64,000 nucleotides of DNA from Clostridia bacterium. Lineage in GTDB: Bacteria > Bacillota > Clostridia > Oscillospirales > CAG-272. Position numbers and translations under genes: made by a program. Below the pieces are notes generated by a model that saw only the letters and a program-made list of their open reading frames with translations, was not told the DNA's origin and made no database searches. The DNA lies in assembly GCA_017503325.1 (NCBI GenBank), contig JAFVTI010000038.1, positions 114,428-178,427 of the forward strand, in the 5' to 3' direction. Shown here one piece after another: positions 57,648 to 64,000 of this stretch (its first letter is position 1; the number at the start of each line of letters is the position of its first letter).

Positions 57648-58319
57648 ATGAATACCTCACAAAAAACCAAACGTCTGACCGTCAGCGCGATCATGCTGGC
57701 AACCGCGGTCATTCTCGCGCTGATCAGCTCGCCCATCCCGCCCCTGCCCTTTGGCGGCAGCTTCACCATTGCAAGCATGCTTCCCATCGTGCTGATTGCC
57801 TACATGTACGGCACCAAATGGGGACTGTTTTGTGCGTTTACCTACTCGGTCATTCAGATCATCATGGACCTGATGCTTGGCAAGGGCTCAACCCTGCTTG
57901 CCTATTTCCTGCCCTCAAGCGAGGACTTTATGGGCTTTGGCGTCGCGATCGGCATTTTGCTGCTTGACTACTTCGTTGCCTACACCGTGCTGGGTCTTGG
58001 CGGCGTATTGAGAAACAAGATGCACAAGGTGCCTGCCATCATCCTTGGCGTGCTCATCGCGCTTGGCGCACGCTACGCAGTGCACATTGGCTCGGGATTT
58101 CTCTTCTTTGCATCGTGGGCAGAATGGTTCTTTACTCAAGAGAGCATTTACGCAATCGGCAGCGTCATTCTCGACACCTTCAGCGGGCACGTGCTGTCCA
58201 TCGTTTACTCGATCATCTACAATGGCACCTACATGATCCCCGAGATCGTGATCACCGCCATCTGTTCCTCGGGCGTTGCATGGATCCCCTACATCAAGAA
58301 ATACGACGTCAAGTCTTGA
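57648..58319 (+). CDS. thiT: thiamine transporter ThiT/YuaJ (ECF S-component-like)
   Basis: Six predicted TM segments. Immediately downstream of the TPP riboswitch. SD AAAGGAGGAGG. Confidence 0.75.
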   Translation: MNTSQKTKRLTVSAIMLATAVILALISSPIPPLPFGGSFTIASMLPIVLIAYMYGTKWGLFCAFTYSVIQIIMDLMLGKGSTLLAYFLPSSEDFMGFGVAIGILLLDYFVAYTVLGLGGVLRNKMHKVPAIILGVLIALGARYAVHIGSGFLFFASWAEWFFTQESIYAIGSVILDTFSGHVLSIVYSIIYNGTYMIPEIVITAICSSGVAWIPYIKKYDVKS

Positions 58320-58350
58320 CTTTTTTCCCTTCTTGTGCTATAATCGCACT

Positions 58351-58714
58351 TGCAGCTTGGCTAAACGGCCGCGCCGTATGTTGCCGAAAGGTATTACGGT
58401 GAGGAAAGTCCGGGCTTTACAGGGCAAGGGTAGCTGATAACGTCAGCCGCGGGTAACCGCCGGGAAAGTGCAACAGAAATAAACCGCCGCGCATGCGGTA
58501 AGGATGGAAAGGCGAGGTAAGAGCTCACCCACTTCTATGGTAACATAGATTTGCTGTAAACCCTACTCAAAGCAACACCGTTCGGGGAATGTCTGCCCGA
58601 CAGCCGCAAGGACCCGATGGGTGGCATGAGCGTTATGCTCGGAGCTTCTTGGTGACAAGGAGCAAAGATAGATGGCCGTTCTCGACAGAACCCGGCTTAC
58701 AGGCAAAGCTGCAA
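58351..58714 (+). ncRNA. rnpB: RNase P RNA (bacterial type A-like)
   Basis: GAGGAAAGTCCGGGC (P4 5' strand), AGTGCAACAGAAA, ACAGAACCCGGCTTAC (P4 3' strand). P1 pairs GCAGCTTGGC with GCAAAGCTGC. TGTGCTATAAT promoter at 58334-44. Confidence 0.9.
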
Positions 58715-58755
58715 AAAACGCTGACGCGTTGCGTCAGCGTTTTTTGCAGCTTTGC
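58703..58755. terminator. 25-bp perfect inverted repeat (bidirectional terminator) overlapping the rnpB 3' end
   Basis: GCAAAGCTGCAAAAAACGCTGACGC-GTT-GCGTCAGCGTTTTTTGCAGCTTTGC. Confidence 0.8.
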
Positions 58756-58756
58756 A

Positions 58757-58882
58757 GTTATGATTGCCCTGCGGGCAGCTTGAAGTAACAAGGGAAATCA
58801 TATCATAACGATGCGAAGCATCTCATAACTTTTGCCGCAGGCAAAATCATAACGCTTGCAAAGCAAGCTCATAACTCATAAC
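58757..58882. repeat. array 2: short perfect stem-loops separated by the heptamer TCATAAC
   Basis: TCATAAC at 58803, 58823, 58847, 58869 and 58876. Inverted GTTATGA at 58757. Hairpins at 58765-77, 58810-22, 58830-46 and 58854-68. Confidence 0.8.
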
Positions 58883-59009
58883 TTTTTCACACTTTTTTCT
58901 TTCATTTTGTGAATCCCGACAAAAATTGATTTTTTGCTGACATTCCCTTGCAAGCAGGCCGACTTTGTGCTATAATGTATTCGTAGATTTATGCCATAGG
59001 AGCACCCTC

Positions 59010-60155
59010 ATGAAAGAATTCCACATCGGTACACAGATATATTTCGGCGAGTCGGCATTGGACAGACTTTCCGAGATCGGCTTTGATCGTGTCATCATCT
59101 TAGCCGATCCCTTTGTCGTGACCTCGGGTCTTGTCAAGCACGTCACAGATAAGCTGGACGGCGCGGGCGTGAGCTATGCCCTGTTTACCGATATCGTGCC
59201 CGATCCCCCCGTAGACAAGGTAATTGCGGGCGTGGCCGAGGTGCTCAAGGGCAAATACCCCTGCATGATCGCAGTGGGCGGCGGCTCTGCCATTGATACC
59301 GCCAAGGCGGTGCGCAAGTTTGCAGGCCAGATTGAGCCCGGCTATGCACCGCGACTGATCGCCATTCCCACCACGTCGGGCACGGGCAGCGAGGTAACCT
59401 CGTTTGCCGTGATCTCCAATCCCGCCGAGGATAAAAAATATCCGCTTTGCTCCGACGATATGATGCCCGAGGAGGCTATTTTGGACGAGGTGCTGGTCAA
59501 ATCCGTGCCTGCGGCCATTACGGCAGATACCGGCATGGACGTGATGACTCACGCCATCGAGGCTTACGTCAGCACCAACAACAATGAGTTTTCGGGCGCA
59601 CTTGCCGAAAAGGCAGTGGAGATCTGCGGTCAGTTTCTCATCCGCTCCTGGGCAGATAACAACGACGCGCACGCGCGCCGTAAGATGCATATTGCAGCAT
59701 GCCTTGCGGGCATCGCCTTCAATTCCGCCTCTCTTGGCCTTGTGCACGGCATGGCACACCAGCTGGGCGCACACCTGCACATTCCGCACGGCCGTGCTTG
59801 TGCGCTTCTGCTTCCCTCGCTGATCGAATACAACAGCGGCATTACCACCTCTTCCAGATCGCAGGCCGAATATCCGCCCTGCGTGCGCAAATATTGCAAC
59901 GTGGCAAGAATTCTGGGCGTGAGCAACTTCAACGAGATCACCACCGTACGCGCACTGATCAGCTACGTTCACTTCCTCTCGCAGGAAATGCACATGCCCG
60001 CGCACATATCCGAGGCGACCAACGTCTCGCACGAGGAATACCTCGCCTTGGTCGAAACCATGGCAGAGGGTGCTTTGTCAGACTCCTGCACCGCAACCAA
60101 TCCCCGCGTGCCCACCAAAGCCGAGGTCGTGGAGATTTATAAGGCAATTTGGTAA
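59010..60155 (+). CDS. iron-containing (group III) alcohol dehydrogenase, EutG/PduQ-like
   Basis: ATG at 59010 after ATAGGAGCA. GGGSAIDTAK, PTTSGTGSEVT, metal-binding His cluster HGMAHQLGAHLHIPHG. Confidence 0.85.
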   Translation: MKEFHIGTQIYFGESALDRLSEIGFDRVIILADPFVVTSGLVKHVTDKLDGAGVSYALFTDIVPDPPVDKVIAGVAEVLKGKYPCMIAVGGGSAIDTAKAVRKFAGQIEPGYAPRLIAIPTTSGTGSEVTSFAVISNPAEDKKYPLCSDDMMPEEAILDEVLVKSVPAAITADTGMDVMTHAIEAYVSTNNNEFSGALAEKAVEICGQFLIRSWADNNDAHARRKMHIAACLAGIAFNSASLGLVHGMAHQLGAHLHIPHGRACALLLPSLIEYNSGITTSSRSQAEYPPCVRKYCNVARILGVSNFNEITTVRALISYVHFLSQEMHMPAHISEATNVSHEEYLALVETMAEGALSDSCTATNPRVPTKAEVVEIYKAIW

Positions 60156-60170
60156 ATTGCATATAGAAAT

Positions 60171-60206
60171 ACGGTACGGATTGCTCCGTACCGTTTTTCT
60201 TTTTTC
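60171..60206 (+). terminator. intrinsic terminator after the adh gene
   Basis: ACGGTACGGA-TTGC-TCCGTACCGT followed by TTTTTCTTTTTT. Confidence 0.8.
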
Positions 60207-60272
60207 AATAGTCACATTTCTCCGCTATGTCGTAATTCATCCCTCGCAGGCGAATAGAGTTGGTAGATGCTC

Positions 60273-61082
60273 TTATTGAGCATCCATCTCCGCTCCGCCC
60301 CACTCTACTACACAAAATCCCTTGCGTTCAAACGGCTCAAACGTCTGCGGTTCGATTTCTACCGCCTCGCTAAGCGGCATATACGCCATAAACACGCGCA
60401 GCAGACTGTCGGGCGCGGGATTGATCTCCAGGACAGCCGAATCGGTATACGCGTCTGTCTGGAAGCTGATTAGATTGTAAGCGTTGTTCTGCATGCGAGG
60501 CAGCCAATAAATGATAAACTCATTGGCCTCACGGGGACTCAAACCCTGCTTAGCCAAAGCCCACTCCAAAAACGCCTCGGTATCCGCGCCAGAAACGCAA
60601 AAGCCCTTGGAGAAATCATATTCCGCATCGCTCTTTCCTTCCCAGAACAGGCAATAATACTGCTTACCGTCGGGGAATGTCAGCGTGCCGTCGGGATGTG
60701 CGACAAAATTCTGCCAGCCAAGCGTGCCGTGCGCGGGATAGGTGAAGGTCAGCTCACCGTTCAAAAGCACGCGCACGTCGCATTCGGTGGGTACTTCGGG
60801 ATACAGATAAACGACCGGCTTTTCTTCAACCACCTCATCGGTACAAACGTGGGTATCCACCTCGGTGGTCTGCTCCTCGGTCGTTTGTTCCTCGGTCGTT
60901 TGAGGATCGGTGTTCGGGATATCGGGCAAAACGTCGGTCTCGATCGGCTCGGGATCGGTGGGATAGGTGCCCGCTTGGGTGCTCTGCGCGTCAAGGCCGT
61001 AAACGGGATCGTTGTTTGCACATGCTGCAAGTGCAAACAGGCACAGAATCATTGCCATACATAAGCTCAGTTTTTTCATCAT
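60273..61082 (-). CDS. lipoprotein of unknown function
   Basis: MMKKLSLCMAMILCLFALAAC lipobox. TTEEQ repeats. No family that I recognise. Confidence 0.65.
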   Translation of the reverse strand: MMKKLSLCMAMILCLFALAACANNDPVYGLDAQSTQAGTYPTDPEPIETDVLPDIPNTDPQTTEEQTTEEQTTEVDTHVCTDEVVEEKPVVYLYPEVPTECDVRVLLNGELTFTYPAHGTLGWQNFVAHPDGTLTFPDGKQYYCLFWEGKSDAEYDFSKGFCVSGADTEAFLEWALAKQGLSPREANEFIIYWLPRMQNNAYNLISFQTDAYTDSAVLEINPAPDSLLRVFMAYMPLSEAVEIEPQTFEPFERKGFCVVEWGGAEMDAQ

Positions 61083-61166
61083 AAACCTCCTGTGTGAGTT
61101 TTCTTCTACCTATATAAACGACCGAAATACAAAAATGTTCCCCGATTACGAAAAAAAGTTGCTTTT

Positions 61167-61967
61167 TCAAGCAACTTTTTTCTTTTTCGTGATCCGCTTG
61201 ACAAGCATTGCGATCAGCAGCATGATATAGGACGCCAAGGAAAAGCCCGCGATATAGATCAAGAGGCACCACGGATACGGCACAACTGCCTGCACGCTTG
61301 AATAGACGGGCAAGGAAGGATCGCAATGGCGGCTGACAAAGAACATATTGAAGGTCTCGTCCGGCACGATGCCCACCACCACGGCAAGCTCGTTGAGCAC
61401 CACCGCTGTCAGAACCGCCACAGAGAAAACTGCCATGCCGCCAAGGATGGTTTTGTGCTCGGCCTTGACCGTACCCGTGTAATACAAAAACACGCCGATC
61501 ACCAGCATGGATGCATGGCAAAACATGCTTTGGAAATTGATCCACACGCTGCTTGTGTACACGTCACCGGGATAGACCATGACGCACGCACCCGCAAACA
61601 CCGCAAAGGTGGCAAGAAAGCTCAAAAATGCGCTTTGCACCTTGCCGCGCGTCAGACTAACCAGATACCCCACGTACATGGGGATCGAGCAAAACTGGAA
61701 CGGAAAGGCGTACCATTGATAGTCAAACTCCAAAGCCCCGTCGTAGGAAAAGCTGTACTGGATCTGCTTGTAGATCTCCAGCGCGATGACGATCACGGCT
61801 GTGACAAATACCACGCCCTTCACGTTCTTGATCTTGCCCCGCTTGTAAAGCAGACACAAAAGAACGGTCGCACCTACCGTAAGCAGCAGCCAAAGAATAT
61901 GATACCAGCCAAACCACGTAGGCGTTGTCATTTTCAAATGCATGATATCACATAAAAATTCTGCCAT
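61167..61967 (-). CDS. polytopic integral membrane protein (possibly YwaF/TIGR02206-like)
   Basis: About 7 hydrophobic segments. ATG at 61967. The family assignment is from memory only and is weak. Confidence 0.5.
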   Translation of the reverse strand: MAEFLCDIMHLKMTTPTWFGWYHILWLLLTVGATVLLCLLYKRGKIKNVKGVVFVTAVIVIALEIYKQIQYSFSYDGALEFDYQWYAFPFQFCSIPMYVGYLVSLTRGKVQSAFLSFLATFAVFAGACVMVYPGDVYTSSVWINFQSMFCHASMLVIGVFLYYTGTVKAEHKTILGGMAVFSVAVLTAVVLNELAVVVGIVPDETFNMFFVSRHCDPSLPVYSSVQAVVPYPWCLLIYIAGFSLASYIMLLIAMLVKRITKKKKVA

Positions 61968-62130
61968 ATCCGCACCCCTTCCCTCATCATTGCCCCCATT
62001 TTACCACATCCGACACACGCAGACAATCACCGCGTGCCATTCTTAATAATTTTTAATAATTGCGCGCACGGGGCTTGCCCGGGAGACTGTTTTGTGCTAT
62101 AATGAAATCAAACAACCGAAAGGAGCAGAC

Positions 62131-64000
62131 ATGATGAAGCATACGCAAAAGGATATGGCTCTTCTGAGCTTTATACAGGATCATCACGATCCCGCGAAAG
62201 TTCCCTTCACCTTCACCTTGGACAACACGCGCTACGATGGCTTTCCCGCAAAATTCTGCCCGCAGGTCGAGCGCGAGCGCATTGACGCAAATATCACGCG
62301 CTACCGCATCACCGCAAAAACCGAGGACGGTCTGCTTTTGACGGCGGATCACTACGCCTACCGCGATTTTGCCGTGAGCGAATGGGTCATGAGTATTCAA
62401 AACGTGTCGGATCACGCGTCCGCCACCATCTCGGATTGGAGATTTACCACCACATTCGAGACCGAGTCTGCGTCCTTGTACCACGGAAACGGCGACACCT
62501 GCGGTGTCAACGGCTACGAATGGCAGACCGACCGGCTGACCCAAACGCCGCTTTGCATCGCCCCTGTGGGTGACGGCACCTCGTGTAACGGCGCATTTCC
62601 CTATATGCGACTGCTGACCCCTGAGTGGGGCATCAACCTTGCCATCGGCTGGAGCGGCCACTGGAGCGCGGATTTTGCCATGACAGAGGCAGGCGCGCAC
62701 TTTACGGCAGGTCAAGGCTTTTTCAATGCTTACTTAAAGCCGGGCGAGAGCGTGCGCACACCCCGCCTGACCATGCAGATCTTTGAGGGCGGCCACGACC
62801 GCGGCAGAAACCTGTGGCGTTCCTATTATTTTGCGCACATGCTGCCCCGCGAAAAGGACGGCAAGCCTCTCTCCCCCAAGCTGTTCGTGCACACCTGGGC
62901 GATCGACGGCAAGAGCGAATTTTCGGGCACGACCGAGCAAAATCAGAAAGAGGCCATCGATACCTACCTGCAAAAGGGCTTTGAGCCGGACGGTTGGTGG
63001 ATCGACGCGGGCTGGTATCCTTGCAACTACGATTGGGGCGTGGGCGTGGGTAACTTGCGTCTGAACGAGGAGAATTACCCTAACGGACTCAAACCCGTTT
63101 CGGATCACCTGCACAAAAACGGCATTGACCTGCTTTTGTGGTTTGAGCCCGAGCGCAACTACAAGGATACCGATATGTGGCGTGAGCATCCCGAATTTTT
63201 ACTGTTCTACAAGGGAGACAACCAATTCTGGCTGACCAATGCCCTCTTTAACCTGGCAGATCCCGTTGCCTGCGACTGGCTGATCGACAAGATCGACTCC
63301 ATGATCAAGGAATTCGGCGTGGATATCTACCGCCAGGACTTCAATTTCCAGCCCATGCCCTTCTGGCAGCAGAACAGCGAGCCGGGACGCGAGGGCGTTT
63401 TGGAAAACCTGCACATTCAGGGCTACTACCGCTACTGGGACGCTTTGCTTGAGCGCAATCCCGGCCTTTGGATCGATTCCTGTGCCTCGGGTGGCAGACG
63501 AAACGACCCCGAGACCATGCGCCGCGCAGTGCCCCTGCACTACACCGACGTAGGTTACGGCGACCACTACATGAAACAGGCGCAGCACAGACAGATGTTT
63601 GAGTGGATCCCCTATTTCCGCGCACACAACTTCAACTGGTGCGGTGACGACGGCATTTACAACGGTCAGCCCCACCGCATCGACGGCTTTGCCTATCAGA
63701 ACGCCATGGCGCCTGCCATGACCGACATGACCGAGTACTATCACGACGAGGTGCAGTTTGCACAGGGGCGCGTCTATCACGCCATCTGGCGCAAGGCGGC
63801 CGAGATTATGCTGCGCGCAGACTACTACCCGCTCACAGAATGCCGCAAGGACATTCACGACTGGTACGCGCTGCAGTTCGACGAGGACGGCAAGGGCTTG
63901 ATCCAGGTCATCCGCAACGTGGCGGTGGAAAGTGACACCTTTACCGCACAGCCGTTCATATTTGACGAGAGCAAGACCTACACCTTTACCGAGGCGGTCA
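62131..64000 (+). CDS. glycoside hydrolase, GH36-like (alpha-galactosidase family); 3' end beyond the window
   Basis: Absent from the ORF track because it is open to the right edge. My translation from ATG 62131 (GAAAGGAGCAGAC upstream) gives MMKHTQKDMALLSF...GWWIDAGWYP...LLLWFEPER...VDIYRQDFN...LWIDSCASGGRRND, a TIM-barrel GH36/GH27-clan-like motif order. Confidence 0.6.
   Translation, partial: MMKHTQKDMALLSFIQDHHDPAKVPFTFTLDNTRYDGFPAKFCPQVERERIDANITRYRITAKTEDGLLLTADHYAYRDFAVSEWVMSIQNVSDHASATISDWRFTTTFETESASLYHGNGDTCGVNGYEWQTDRLTQTPLCIAPVGDGTSCNGAFPYMRLLTPEWGINLAIGWSGHWSADFAMTEAGAHFTAGQGFFNAYLKPGESVRTPRLTMQIFEGGHDRGRNLWRSYYFAHMLPREKDGKPLSPKLFVHTWAIDGKSEFSGTTEQNQKEAIDTYLQKGFEPDGWWIDAGWYPCNYDWGVGVGNLRLNEENYPNGLKPVSDHLHKNGIDLLLWFEPERNYKDTDMWREHPEFLLFYKGDNQFWLTNALFNLADPVACDWLIDKIDSMIKEFGVDIYRQDFNFQPMPFWQQNSEPGREGVLENLHIQGYYRYWDALLERNPGLWIDSCASGGRRNDPETMRRAVPLHYTDVGYGDHYMKQAQHRQMFEWIPYFRAHNFNWCGDDGIYNGQPHRIDGFAYQNAMAPAMTDMTEYYHDEVQFAQGRVYHAIWRKAAEIMLRADYYPLTECRKDIHDWYALQFDEDGKGLIQVIRNVAVESDTFTAQPFIFDESKTYTFTEAV

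Noticed and set aside
58757-58882. Integron attC sites (RYYYAAC/GTTRRRY cores), or a type III toxin-antitoxin ToxI-like RNA repeat.
   Set aside because: GTTATGA does not fit GTTRRRY. There are no cassette ORFs and no integrase. No ToxN/CptN-like endoribonuclease gene follows: the next gene is an alcohol dehydrogenase. The units are far shorter than the 34-45-nt ToxI or CptI repeats.

Overview
64-kb chromosomal window from a moderately GC-rich, spore-forming Firmicute, class Clostridia. The taxon is inferred from typical gene order: rsfS-yqeK-nadD-yhbY, ftsY-smc-radical SAM-rnc, trmFO-topA-dprA, rplT-rpmI-infC, lon-engB and scpA-scpB-ytfI-gerW-dacB. The window has three parts. (i) 1-17.7 kb lies entirely on the minus strand and encodes only exported proteins: a CotH/LTD lipoprotein, six orphan solute-binding-protein-like lipoprotein paralogs (five in tandem, each with its own promoter), one metallophosphoesterase, and three paralogous signal-peptide proteins with a C-terminal membrane anchor and no recognisable family. 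(ii) 17.8-45.2 kb is conserved housekeeping core. (iii) 45.2-64 kb mixes a second surface/glycan cluster (anchored protein, acyl-CoA ligase, 1067-aa beta-helix lipoprotein, two lipoproteins) with pgk-tpiA, a TPP riboswitch plus thiT, RNase P RNA, an Fe-alcohol dehydrogenase and a GH36-like glycosidase. No transposase, integrase, CRISPR or recognisable defence gene was seen. The least explained signals are non-coding. Two intergenic arrays of short perfect stem-loops are separated by a constant heptamer (GTGAAAT at 37.8 kb; TCATAAC at 58.8 kb, apparently the same architecture in opposite orientation). A 338-nt intercistronic element has three mutually complementary segments, one of which covers a Shine-Dalgarno sequence. 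A ~150-nt nested palindrome sits between the TPP riboswitch terminator and thiT. An orphan promoter-to-terminator unit (~180 nt) lies upstream of lon. All coordinates of non-ORF elements were counted by hand and may be off by 1-2 nt.
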